This document shows positions 18,172 through 27,249 of a stretch of 64,000 nucleotides of DNA, in pieces. Made by a program: the position numbers and the translations under genes. Location: sequence record SRR22947725_1805. One strand, given 5' to 3'. The notes beneath the pieces are model-generated. The model saw only the letters and a program-made list of their open reading frames with translations. It made no database searches and was not told the DNA's origin. Positions within the stretch are counted from its first letter, which is position 1, and the number at the start of each line of letters is the position of its first letter.

Positions 18172-19287
18172 GTGGCTCGCTTGGGCGTCAAAGGCGCAAT
18201 CATCGGTGGCGAGTACATCGCGGGCGACCTGAGCATTGTCGATGGATTGATTGACCAAGTAGGCCTTCCGGCTGGGGATAGCGGAATGGCGGTGCCAGGG
18301 TTTGTAGATGTTCAGGTCAACGGCTTTGGCGGGATTGACTTGAGCTCGGCGAGCACTGACGAGTGGTTCCACGCCAATCGACTCCTCGCGAACACGGGAG
18401 TTACGTCATACCTGGCGAATATCATTTCTAACGACGCGACTGCTATTGACAGAATTCTCCTTGTCGCAGAGGACGTGTGTAGGCAAGATTACGCCGCCGC
18501 ATCCCACTTGCTCGGCCTCCACCTCGAGGGCCCCTTCCTAGCGCCAGTCAAGGCCGGGATTCACTCCAGAGAATTCCTTACGGACCCAACGCCGGACCTG
18601 TTTGCTAAATGGTGCGAGCTCGGCCCGGTGGTGATGACAACTATCGCTCCAGAACTCCCGGGGGCGCTTCAGCTGATTCGAGAGGCAGCTACGTCCGGTG
18701 TGGTGGTTTCTCTGGGGCACAGCAATTGCACGGCCGAGGAAGCACAATTAGGTTTTGAAGCAGGCGCTGCGACTGTGACCCATATTTTTAATGCCATGGC
18801 GGCAGTGTCCGCTAGAGCTCCGGGTTTGGCCGGAATGGCGCTGTCTCGCGAAGAAGTCTGGCTTCAACTGATTCTCGATTTCGTTCACGTCGATCAGACT
18901 CTTGCGAAGGTACTGATATCGCTCGCGCCACAGCGACTAATTCTCGTCACAGACTGTCTTCCGGCCACTGGAACTTCGGGTACCAGTTTCGCGTTGGGAG
19001 GTACTGGGCTTCAATGGCTCGATGGGAAAGCGGTCAACAGTGAAGGGACACTGGCCGGAAGTGTCTTGACTATGGATCAAGCACTGCGTAACGCGGTGTC
19101 ACTGGGGATGAGTGAAATCGACGCGGTCAATGCCACATCTCTTAACCCGATGAGGTTGCTCGACCCGCTTAGTCAGGGACCTCTCAACCCAGGCATGCCT
19201 GCTGACGTAATTGTCCTAAACGACAACTTAGAAATCGTTGACGTCTTGTGTAAGGGCGCCACTTTCAGCAGGCAGGAGGTCGTCTAG
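18172..19287 (+). CDS. nagA: N-acetylglucosamine-6-phosphate deacetylase
   Basis: PGFVDVQVNG, HLEGPF, GHS, THIFNAM, LVTD, LAGS. Confidence 0.92.
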   Translation: MARLGVKGAIIGGEYIAGDLSIVDGLIDQVGLPAGDSGMAVPGFVDVQVNGFGGIDLSSASTDEWFHANRLLANTGVTSYLANIISNDATAIDRILLVAEDVCRQDYAAASHLLGLHLEGPFLAPVKAGIHSREFLTDPTPDLFAKWCELGPVVMTTIAPELPGALQLIREAATSGVVVSLGHSNCTAEEAQLGFEAGAATVTHIFNAMAAVSARAPGLAGMALSREEVWLQLILDFVHVDQTLAKVLISLAPQRLILVTDCLPATGTSGTSFALGGTGLQWLDGKAVNSEGTLAGSVLTMDQALRNAVSLGMSEIDAVNATSLNPMRLLDPLSQGPLNPGMPADVIVLNDNLEIVDVLCKGATFSRQEVV

Positions 19288-20049
19288 GTGGATCTCGTTG
19301 TCCAAGACACCCCAGAAGCTGTCGCAGAATGTGCTGCGCAGCATGTGGCTAGCCGTGTTTTAGCACTTCCCTCAGCCCACCTTGGGTTGGCAACCGGCGC
19401 AACCCCGCATGGTGTCTACCAGCGCCTGACCAACGCTCATCAGCGAGGCATGCTGCCTTTGTCTGAAGTCAGGTATTTCATGCTTGATGAGTACGTAGGT
19501 ATCGACACAAAAGAGCCAACCTCATTCCAAAACGTCTTACGCAGGGAGCTACTTTCGCCAGTAGGAGCAGAGCCTCATTCACTCGAAATCCTCGACGGTA
19601 ATGCGGCCGATCTGTCCGCCGAAGCGGAAAGGTTTGAGGAGGCACTCCGCTCCTCAGGAGGAATTGACCTTCAGATTCTTGGCATTGGGACAAACGGCCA
19701 TATTGGGTTCAACGAACCTGGCTCGAGTTTCACCTCCAGGACGCGGATGGTGGAGCTCCATGAGGAGACCGTGCAGAGCAACTCGCGGTACTTCGACTCC
19801 CCCGAAGAGGTCCCCAGGAAAGCTCTTTCCCAAGGCTTGGCAACAATCTTCGAGGCGCGGTCTATTCTGCTCCTTGCAACCGGCGATTCCAAAGCCCGTG
19901 CCATTTCGTCGATGGTAGAAAGCCCTTCCTCTCCAAGCAACCCTGCGTCCATCCTCCAGCGCCACCCAGATGTGACTGTCATTATGGACGCCGCAGCGGC
20001 TTCTCGCCTTCGATCGGCACAGTCGGCAATATCGAAGGTAAGCGCCTAA
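19288..20049 (+). CDS. nagB: glucosamine-6-phosphate deaminase
   Basis: LGLATGATP, LDEYVG, LGIGTNGHIGFNEPG, PASILQRH. Confidence 0.95.
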   Translation: MDLVVQDTPEAVAECAAQHVASRVLALPSAHLGLATGATPHGVYQRLTNAHQRGMLPLSEVRYFMLDEYVGIDTKEPTSFQNVLRRELLSPVGAEPHSLEILDGNAADLSAEAERFEEALRSSGGIDLQILGIGTNGHIGFNEPGSSFTSRTRMVELHEETVQSNSRYFDSPEEVPRKALSQGLATIFEARSILLLATGDSKARAISSMVESPSSPSNPASILQRHPDVTVIMDAAAASRLRSAQSAISKVSA

Positions 20050-20254
20050 GGAGGCACCCGAGTTTCCCAGCTTGCTCCCATGGAGCGGGGTGCCCCGGCG
20101 AAAGATCTGGCCGTTGACCGCGTGGTTGGGGGCACGTCATGGTTCCACGGGGGCCGAGAAGCCCTCCAGATGCTGTGATTGCGCTCCCTGAAATCCTGCC
20201 CGGCGACGAGGTCTCCCCGAAGCCCCAGACCGCATCCCAATTATGCTCTGTAAG

Positions 20255-20488
20255 GTGGATTCCTCTGCACGTGACTTTCTGTCCCAAGTGGATATCGGCA
20301 CCCGAGTGGTGGTGCGGTATCGAATCGAGGGAGGGTTGAGTGATGCACTCGGTGTTCTTTCTTCCCGCACCCCCACACACTGTGTGATTGACACCAGACG
20401 GGGTCTCACTACCGTTGACCTTACTGAGGTGGTTCTTGCCAAGCAGGTTCCACCACCTCCACAAAGGCGATCAGCCTCACACCCCTAA
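20255..20488 (+). CDS. small SH3-like protein resembling the N-terminal domain of actinobacterial Rv0428c-type acetyltransferases
   Basis: IGTRVVVRYRIEGGLSDALGVL..VVLAKQVPPPP pattern; TATGCT 7 nt before GTG 20255. Confidence 0.65.
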   Translation: MDSSARDFLSQVDIGTRVVVRYRIEGGLSDALGVLSSRTPTHCVIDTRRGLTTVDLTEVVLAKQVPPPPQRRSASHP

Positions 20489-20528
20489 GGCTCCTGTGAA
20501 CGCTAAACCCCCCCCGGGGGCTCCTAGA

Positions 20529-20557
20529 GGGGTGGCGGCGGGGCTAGTTGCCACCCT
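20529..20557 (+). terminator. stem-loop downstream of the SH3-like gene
   Basis: GGGGTGGCGGC...GTTGCCACCCT, 11-bp stem with G-U pairs. Confidence 0.45.
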
Positions 20558-20813
20558 TAAAGATGCGTGCTGCGGCAAGAATGATGGTTTTTCGGGGAAC
20601 AAAGCGCTGGATGTTCGTCATTGTGGCATTGAGCCTTCCCACCACCACGCTGGGCGGTGTTCCCTCGGTGATTGTGGGGACCTGACCGGAGGTTTTGTGC
20701 ACGACGCGAAACACGGTGCAACGACCACCTGAGCGGTATATCGCTCTCTCAATTCCGCTGACTGTTCCTAGAATATTCCGTCGTCGTGGAACCGGGATTG
20801 GTCCTCACGCGGG

Positions 20814-22232
20814 TTACTTTTTTGACGAGCTCCGTGTGGCGGATTCCGAATCATTCAGGACTGCAGGATCAAAAACTTTGCCCGGATTGAGAATTCCATG
20901 GGGATCAAAAAGCTTTTTGATACTCCACTGCAAGTCCCACAGTGGTTGGCCAATTTCGGCCATCATCCACTGTCTCTTGAGGAGCCCAACACCGTGCTCA
21001 CCGGTGAGCGTTCCGCCCAGAGCGACGGCCCGACGGAAGAGCGCATCGGCGGCATCCCAAATGTGAGGGGGAACGTCATCTCCGGAGTAAATGAAGTTGG
21101 GGTGAATGTTCCCATCTCCGGCATGAGCAACAGTGGGTATCTGGACATCGTATTCTTCTTCGATGCGCCGAATCTCACTAAACATCTCTCCCAAGCGGGA
21201 TCGAGGGACTGCGATGTCTTCGATGAGGACTTGGCCCACGGCCTCCATCGCAGGATGCATCGCCCGTCGGAACTGAATAAGGTCCTCACGGTCCTGACCA
21301 ACCTCCACCTCGAGTCCACATTCCCTCCAGATGGCGGCGATCGCCTCTGCTTCATCTTGTGCCGCTGCGCCATCAGTTTGGGCAATGAGTTGCGCCGAAT
21401 CCGTCGCAATGGCGGAGCGGCCCAAGTAATTCGCGACATGACCCACTGAGGGGCCATCCATGAGTTCCATAATTGCAGGCTGGCGCCCTCTGGTGATTGT
21501 TTCTTGCACCGACAGCGTCGCTATATCGATGTCACGAGCCGTTCCGCTAATAGTCCACACGGGATGGGGGTCTACCGGTTTGAGGGCGACTCTCGCCTCG
21601 GTAATGACTGCCAAGGTTCCCTCGCTCCCGACCATCAAGGAGGTGAGGTCGTATCCTGTGACGCCCTTCACGGTCTTGTGGCCCAGGGTGAGGATCTCTC
21701 CACCGGGTAGGACGACCGTGAGGTCGAGAACTGCTTCGCGGGTCACCCCGTATTTCACGCAGAGCAGGCCACCCGCGTTGGTTGCAATATTTCCTCCCAC
21801 GGTTGACCAGTGCCTGCTCGCGGGATCCGGTGCAAACCAGAGGCCGAGTTTTTTGGAAGCGTTGTTGAGGTCCAGATTGATGACACCAGCCTCAACGACG
21901 GCCCAACGGTCCTCGCGAGAGATCTCGATAATCCGATTCATGCTGGCAAGTGAGAGAACAATTTCGCCGGGACTTCCGATGGCTCCACCGGCCAGGCCAC
22001 TGCCACCACCTCGAGTGACGACAGGAGTCTTTGCCTCGTGGGCAATGCGGAGGACGTGTGCGACATCGTCGGTACTGTGAGCTTCCACAACACAGAGGGG
22101 AGGTCCGTGGCTGACCTGACCAGATTTATCAGCCTGCGCCTCAGCGAGTCGCGCAGGGTCAACGATGACGCGCTCCCCCAAAACCTCACGAAGGAGCGTA
22201 AGAACATCGAGTGCGCCCGTTATGGTTGTCAT
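20814..22232 (-). CDS. FAD-linked 2-hydroxyacid oxidase/dehydrogenase (GlcD/D-lactate dehydrogenase family)
   Basis: RGGGSGLAGG, PDPAS, TVGGNIATNAGG, GSEGTL, HAGDGNIH, GEHGVG. Confidence 0.9.
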   Translation of the reverse strand: MTTITGALDVLTLLREVLGERVIVDPARLAEAQADKSGQVSHGPPLCVVEAHSTDDVAHVLRIAHEAKTPVVTRGGGSGLAGGAIGSPGEIVLSLASMNRIIEISREDRWAVVEAGVINLDLNNASKKLGLWFAPDPASRHWSTVGGNIATNAGGLLCVKYGVTREAVLDLTVVLPGGEILTLGHKTVKGVTGYDLTSLMVGSEGTLAVITEARVALKPVDPHPVWTISGTARDIDIATLSVQETITRGRQPAIMELMDGPSVGHVANYLGRSAIATDSAQLIAQTDGAAAQDEAEAIAAIWRECGLEVEVGQDREDLIQFRRAMHPAMEAVGQVLIEDIAVPRSRLGEMFSEIRRIEEEYDVQIPTVAHAGDGNIHPNFIYSGDDVPPHIWDAADALFRRAVALGGTLTGEHGVGLLKRQWMMAEIGQPLWDLQWSIKKLFDPHGILNPGKVFDPAVLNDSESATRSSSKK

Positions 22233-22249
22233 CGCAGATCCCTCCGCCC

Positions 22250-23389
22250 CTAGTGTCCGCCAGAGCTGGCAACGTGGAACTGGGCGACTACGTTTTCGTC
22301 GACGTCGACACCGAGTCCCGGAGCTGTGGGAACATGCGCATATCCGTCAATGACGGGCTGCTCGGTGCTGACCAAGCTTTGTGACAGGGGGTTATCGGCG
22401 GTTGACCATTCCTGAATTCTCTCGCCGGCAAGGATGGCATTCAGGTGCAACGACGCGGCCTTCAGAATTCCAGACTTCCAGGCGTGCGGGACCACCCGAA
22501 CGCCGTGGCGTTCGGCCACCTCCGCAATCTTGACCATCTCGGAAATTCCTCCGCATCGCGCAATGTCGGGTTGCCAAATGTCGAGGGCTTGTGCCCGAGC
22601 GAGCTCCCCAAACTCCCATCGAGTGACGTTTTGTTCTCCGGCAGCAATGGGAACGATCTTCTTCGCTGTCAGGGCAGAGTATGCATCGATCTCGTCGGGG
22701 AAGAAGGGCTCCTCCAGCCACTTGTAGTCAAGCTCTGCCAGGGCGGAGGCAATGTAGGCGGCATCCTCGACGTTGTGTCCGTAGCCGTAGCCAGCGTCGA
22801 GCATGAGTTCCATCTCTGTCCCCGCCTCGTCACGGGCCGCGTGGATGAGGCGCAGGTCTAATTCACGGCTCTCACCGATGGGCCCCCAGCCCAACTTGAG
22901 GGCACTAAACCCAGCCTCCTTGCTCTCCGCAACTGTCTGCCTGACAAGCTTCTCAGTTCGCTCCATGAGACGAGAGGCGTATGTTCGAATCTCTGTCTTG
23001 GGGTTGTCTCCCAGGAGTTGTGCAATCGGTTGACCCTGTGCTTTTCCAAAGATATCCCATAACGCCATGTCCACTCCACTGAGGGCGTGAATTCCTGCCC
23101 CTCGGCGTCCTGCGTAAATGGAGCCTTTGTAGAGGGAGTCCCACATGGTCTGCGGATCTACCAGGGTCTGACCGACCAAGAGTTCACGAAGACCGCTCGT
23201 GATGGAGTGAGACGGCGGAGCATCAATCACGGCTTTGCACACTTCGGGAGACGAATCCACTTCCCCCACTCCGACGAGGCCAGTGTCGGTCGTGATACGA
23301 ATCAGGAGACCATCTTGGCCACCGTCAGCGCGACTGGCGTCAACAGTTCCTTGACGGAGAATTATGGCTTCCACCTGGGAGATTTTCAT
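22250..23389 (-). CDS. mandelate racemase/muconate lactonizing family acid-sugar dehydratase
   Basis: SGVDMALWDIFGK, metal ligands MLDA / WLEEP / AGEQ, QPD, PHAW. Confidence 0.88.
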   Translation of the reverse strand: MKISQVEAIILRQGTVDASRADGGQDGLLIRITTDTGLVGVGEVDSSPEVCKAVIDAPPSHSITSGLRELLVGQTLVDPQTMWDSLYKGSIYAGRRGAGIHALSGVDMALWDIFGKAQGQPIAQLLGDNPKTEIRTYASRLMERTEKLVRQTVAESKEAGFSALKLGWGPIGESRELDLRLIHAARDEAGTEMELMLDAGYGYGHNVEDAAYIASALAELDYKWLEEPFFPDEIDAYSALTAKKIVPIAAGEQNVTRWEFGELARAQALDIWQPDIARCGGISEMVKIAEVAERHGVRVVPHAWKSGILKAASLHLNAILAGERIQEWSTADNPLSQSLVSTEQPVIDGYAHVPTAPGLGVDVDENVVAQFHVASSGGH

Positions 23390-23396
23390 GAATCTT

Positions 23397-24659
23397 CTAC
23401 CTTTCCTTGTTCCCTGAGTAGGGAAGTGTGCCCTGCGCCGAGAGTTCCAACAGTCGATTCCACTTGGCCGTTCGTTCTGACCTCATAGTCGATCCCACCT
23501 TAATTTGACCGGCACCGGTGCCCACAGCAAGATCGACGAGCCAGTGTTCTTCGGTGTCTCCCGAGCGTGCCGACACGATGGTCCCCCATGTTGCGCTCTG
23601 GGCCAGTGCTACGGCCGACATGGTGTGCCACAGAGATCCCGCCTGGTTTGGCTTGATTAACACGCTGTTGGCCTCCTGAAGCTCGATGCCTGTGGCAAGT
23701 CGGGTCAACGATGTTGCGTAGCGGTCATCACCCACTACCTGCGATGTGCCGAGCAGTGGTGACGCAACAGACCAATCATCATCTTCGGCGAGCGGGTCTT
23801 CGATGCTTGCAATCGGCCAACGCTCGCACCATCGGGAAATTATCTCAATGATGTCGCGATTCGAGACGGTACTTCCTTCGAACTCATAGAGCGAACCCGA
23901 GGAGTGAAATTGATTTGCCGCGATGTCAAGAGCCAGCGTGGCATCCGTTCCCAACGCCAGGTCCGCTCTTTCGATTCCCTGGGCAACAATGGCCAGAGCG
24001 GCTTCGCTATCGGCGAAGCCTGCGGCGAGGCCGCCTTCGTCGGCGACGAGGGCGGTAGCAAACCCTTGGTCACGCATGACCTGACTGGCCCCGTGCCGCA
24101 CTCGCCAGACGTATTCAATGGCGTCCTCGAGTGTGGTGGCGGAGAGCGGGATTGTCAGGATGTCCTGGATGTCGACAGCCCGATCGGCGTGAGCTCCACC
24201 CGAGATGATATTCACCATCGGAACCGGGAGCGAGGGGGTGCTTCCCGTCCACCCCGCCATGACCTCCCACGGTGCAATCGCGCGAGCGTTGGCCACCGCG
24301 AGCCACGCGGCAATCGTGACGGCTGTGGTGACGTTCCCCCCCAGAATTGACCAGTTCGGGGTCGAATCAAGAGAGGTCAGAGCGTGGTGGAGCGACTCCG
24401 GGTTATCCGCATCAACCCCCACAATGACCTCCCGAATAAGAGGAATTGACCGCGCAATAACTCCTCGCACGGACAGGCCCGAATAGTGCGGAGAGTTGTC
24501 GCGAAGGAAGAGCGCTTCGTGCCCACCGGCGCTGGCGCCAGCGGGCGCGAGTGCGACACCGCGACCCCCGGTGTCGGTCACAATTCTCACAGCAACGGTG
24601 GGATTGCCCCGAGAATCGAGGGCTTCCCAGGAGAAGACGTCACGAATCAGGTGAGCCAT
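23397..24659 (-). CDS. divergent enolase (phosphopyruvate hydratase family paralog)
   Basis: DSRGNPTV, GAS, GGAHA, DEGG, SIEDP, VGDD, LIKPNQ, QIKVG, RSER; non-canonical DIQD and SARSGDTE. Confidence 0.88.
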   Translation of the reverse strand: MAHLIRDVFSWEALDSRGNPTVAVRIVTDTGGRGVALAPAGASAGGHEALFLRDNSPHYSGLSVRGVIARSIPLIREVIVGVDADNPESLHHALTSLDSTPNWSILGGNVTTAVTIAAWLAVANARAIAPWEVMAGWTGSTPSLPVPMVNIISGGAHADRAVDIQDILTIPLSATTLEDAIEYVWRVRHGASQVMRDQGFATALVADEGGLAAGFADSEAALAIVAQGIERADLALGTDATLALDIAANQFHSSGSLYEFEGSTVSNRDIIEIISRWCERWPIASIEDPLAEDDDWSVASPLLGTSQVVGDDRYATSLTRLATGIELQEANSVLIKPNQAGSLWHTMSAVALAQSATWGTIVSARSGDTEEHWLVDLAVGTGAGQIKVGSTMRSERTAKWNRLLELSAQGTLPYSGNKER

Positions 24660-25609
24660 TTTTCACACTCGTTCTCTAGGTTGGCGCCCTCAAGGAGGGC
24701 GCGGGCCATACCAGCGATGTGGTGTGTGCTGGATTCGTCGAGGTAGGACACCTGGGCTCTTCCGGCAACTCTGACCGCAAGGAAAAGTCCAATGTGTGCG
24801 CCCAAGCTAGCAGGGCGACTCGTCGGCGCCAGCGCATCCAGGAACCCTTGGCGAGCAAGGTGGAGGTAGGCGGCGGTGTCTGTGTCGGCTCGGTAGCGAA
24901 AAATCTTCAAGATCAGGTGGGCAAGCATCGATGCGGTGTCAAGAACCGGGTTACCGATGTGAGCGACCTCTGTGTCCACGACCCAGAGATTTCCCTCGGG
25001 AAGGCACAACACATTCTTGGGGGTGAAATCGCCGTGCACCACTGTTGCCTTGACGGAAAGTAGCTCGTGGACGAGTTCGTCGATTCTGGGGGAGTGCTCG
25101 GGCCATCGACGAGCAATGTCGAGATAGAACGGATTGATGCGCAAATCAATGAGGCGCGAGGTATCATCCAGAGCGGTGCCCAGGGCAGGCTGGTAATCAG
25201 CCAGGTGCCATGTGCCAAGAATGGTGCCGAGCAGCGAGGGCCAACCAGCATCGCACTCATCGGGGGTCTCCAACAGAACAGTTCTCAGGTCGGGACTGGG
25301 CTGAGGAGCCATCGGCAGAACCAGGCCATAGAGGTGCTCCACCACCGAGATGGGTCGGGGAACGTGATGCGGAGTGAGCCGGTTGAACCAGGTCAAACCT
25401 TCAGCCTCGGCGACAACGCGATCGGGATTTGCGGTCCATTCCTCGGCGACGTCTAGTTGTGCGAGCGCCTGCTTAATAATGAGACCCCCATCGGGTAGGT
25501 CGACAGCAAACGTGGCCGAGGAAACACCTCCCGTAATCCGACGGAAAGTTGCATCGTTTCTCGAGATTCCTGAGGCGTCAAGAATTTCGTGGGCGGACTG
25601 GAACTCCAC
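24647..25609 (-). CDS. APH/methylthioribose-kinase-fold phosphotransferase
   Basis: GGVSS loop, IIKQAL, Brenner motif HGDFTPKN, VDTE. Start uncertain (GTG 25609 with GAGG SD; alternatives 25636, 25645). Confidence 0.8.
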   Translation of the reverse strand: MEFQSAHEILDASGISRNDATFRRITGGVSSATFAVDLPDGGLIIKQALAQLDVAEEWTANPDRVVAEAEGLTWFNRLTPHHVPRPISVVEHLYGLVLPMAPQPSPDLRTVLLETPDECDAGWPSLLGTILGTWHLADYQPALGTALDDTSRLIDLRINPFYLDIARRWPEHSPRIDELVHELLSVKATVVHGDFTPKNVLCLPEGNLWVVDTEVAHIGNPVLDTASMLAHLILKIFRYRADTDTAAYLHLARQGFLDALAPTSRPASLGAHIGLFLAVRVAGRAQVSYLDESSTHHIAGMARALLEGANLENECEKWLT

Positions 25610-25616
25610 ATCAGCC

Positions 25617-26378
25617 TCAGTAGGTTGCTCGTCCACCGGAGGCATCAAAAACGAAGCCGGTGGTGAAACTGCAGGCCGGTGACGCCGCGAAGGCAATGAC
25701 TTCCGCAACCTCAGAGGGTTCGCCCATGCGGTGCATGGGGATTTTCCCGAGCATGTATTCGATTTGCTCAGGGGGCTCACCCTCGACCATGGGACTGCGG
25801 ATGACCGCGGGAGCGATGGCGTTCACCGAAATACCGTGCGTTGCATACTCTTTAGCGCACCCCTTCACAAAGCCGATCAGACCGGATTTCGCCATGTTGT
25901 AGGGCGCCATGTTGGGGTTTCCCTCTTTTCCTGCAATGGAAGCGACATGCACAATTCTTCCGTAGCCAGCCTCCACCATGTCGGGCAGGACCGCCATGGT
26001 GAGCAGGATTGCTCCCCTGAGATTGATCGAATAGGTCGCATCAAAATCAGCAATATCGAGCTGATGAGTTTTTCGATCGAGGGGCCCTGTGATTCCTGCA
26101 GAATTCACCAGTATTGCCGGGGTTCCCTGACTCCGGGCAAAATCGAGCAACGCAGACACATCGCTGGCTTGTGAAATATCGGTGACATGGTGAGACACCG
26201 AGACTCCCTCAGATTCCCATGCTGCGTGTCGTTCGAGGAGTTTTGCCTCGTCGCGATCGACGAGAACAACGTGGGCTCCGCGCAGCCCCAAGAGCTGAGC
26301 TGTTGCCGCTCCGATTCCGCTGGCGGCCCCCGTCACGAGGGCCAGCTGACCCTCGAGGGGTGAAGTGGGTGTTGTCAC
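25617..26378 (-). CDS. SDR oxidoreductase, resembles 2-keto-3-deoxy-sugar-acid 4-dehydrogenases (LRA5-like)
   Basis: TGAASGIG, NSAG, ASIAGKEGNP..YNMAK, C-terminal FDASGGRATY; GTG 26378 with GAGGAG SD. Confidence 0.82.
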   Translation of the reverse strand: MTTPTSPLEGQLALVTGAASGIGAATAQLLGLRGAHVVLVDRDEAKLLERHAAWESEGVSVSHHVTDISQASDVSALLDFARSQGTPAILVNSAGITGPLDRKTHQLDIADFDATYSINLRGAILLTMAVLPDMVEAGYGRIVHVASIAGKEGNPNMAPYNMAKSGLIGFVKGCAKEYATHGISVNAIAPAVIRSPMVEGEPPEQIEYMLGKIPMHRMGEPSEVAEVIAFAASPACSFTTGFVFDASGGRATY

Positions 26379-26388
26379 GCTGTCTCCT

Positions 26389-27249
26389 CTAATTGTGCGG
26401 ACCGGCTGTTGCCGATACCTGAGCGCGTTGGGTTCCCAAGCCCTCGATTGCTGTCTCCACTGTGTCACCGGGAGAGAGATAGCGGGGCGGTGTGAAGCCG
26501 AATCCGACTCCTTGGGGGGTTCCGGTGTTGATGACATCACCGGGGCTCAGCGCCATCACGTTGCTGATGTACCGAACAATCTCGCCGACGCCGAAAATCA
26601 TGTCTGACGTTGCGGAGTCCTGGCGGGATTCGCCATTGACCGAACAGGACATTCTCTTCTTGTTCGGATCCCATTCATCGGGGGTGAGAAGGTAGGGACC
26701 GAAGGGGTTAAACGAGGGAAAAGATTTGCCTTTGTCCCATTGCCCGCCGCGTTCAAGTTGCCAGTACCGCTCGCTGACATCCTGACTAATGGCGAACCCG
26801 GCGATGACCCCGAGCGCTTCCTTCTCGCTGGTGAGGTAGAGGGCGGGAGCCCCAATGACAATCGCGAGCTCCACCTCGTAGTCCGTTGCAGTGCTGCCCG
26901 GGGGAATGAGAATGTCATCGAAAGGCCCTTGCATCGTGTCGGCAGACTTCATAAACAAGACGGGTTCCTGAGGTATGTCGGCCCCTGACTCTCGCGCATG
27001 TTCTCGATAGTTCAAACCCACACAGATGATCTTTGTCGGGCGAGCAATCGGGCTGCCGATGCGTTCATCTGTCAGCTCGACCACAGGTCTTCCGGAGAGG
27101 TCCAGTGCTGTCAGTTTCTCGAGCGCGCCCGCTCCCAGAGTGTCGCGGGACAATTCAGCGACAACGTCATCGACGTAGATGGCGCTGGATTCAGTGGGCA
27201 TGATCGCGAGGCGTTCGTGCCCCACCTCACCTATCCGCGCAATCCTCAT
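26389..27249 (-). CDS. fumarylacetoacetate hydrolase family protein (2,4-diketo-acid hydrolase, LRA6-like)
   Basis: KIICVGLNY, DYEVEL, QDVSER, GQWDKGK, GDVINTGTP. Confidence 0.88.
   Translation of the reverse strand: MRIARIGEVGHERLAIMPTESSAIYVDDVVAELSRDTLGAGALEKLTALDLSGRPVVELTDERIGSPIARPTKIICVGLNYREHARESGADIPQEPVLFMKSADTMQGPFDDILIPPGSTATDYEVELAIVIGAPALYLTSEKEALGVIAGFAISQDVSERYWQLERGGQWDKGKSFPSFNPFGPYLLTPDEWDPNKKRMSCSVNGESRQDSATSDMIFGVGEIVRYISNVMALSPGDVINTGTPQGVGFGFTPPRYLSPGDTVETAIEGLGTQRAQVSATAGPHN

Noticed and set aside
20731-20746. Near-palindrome GAGCGGTATATCGCTC resembling an operator
   Set aside because: It lies between convergent 3' ends with no promoter context.
23397-24659. Calling this the housekeeping eno
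   Set aside because: Active-site substitutions and catabolic-operon context; it lacks the usual actinobacterial eno-septum formation initiator neighbourhood.
24647-25609. Aminoglycoside resistance kinase
   Set aside because: Only the fold motif is shared; the gene is embedded in a metabolic operon.
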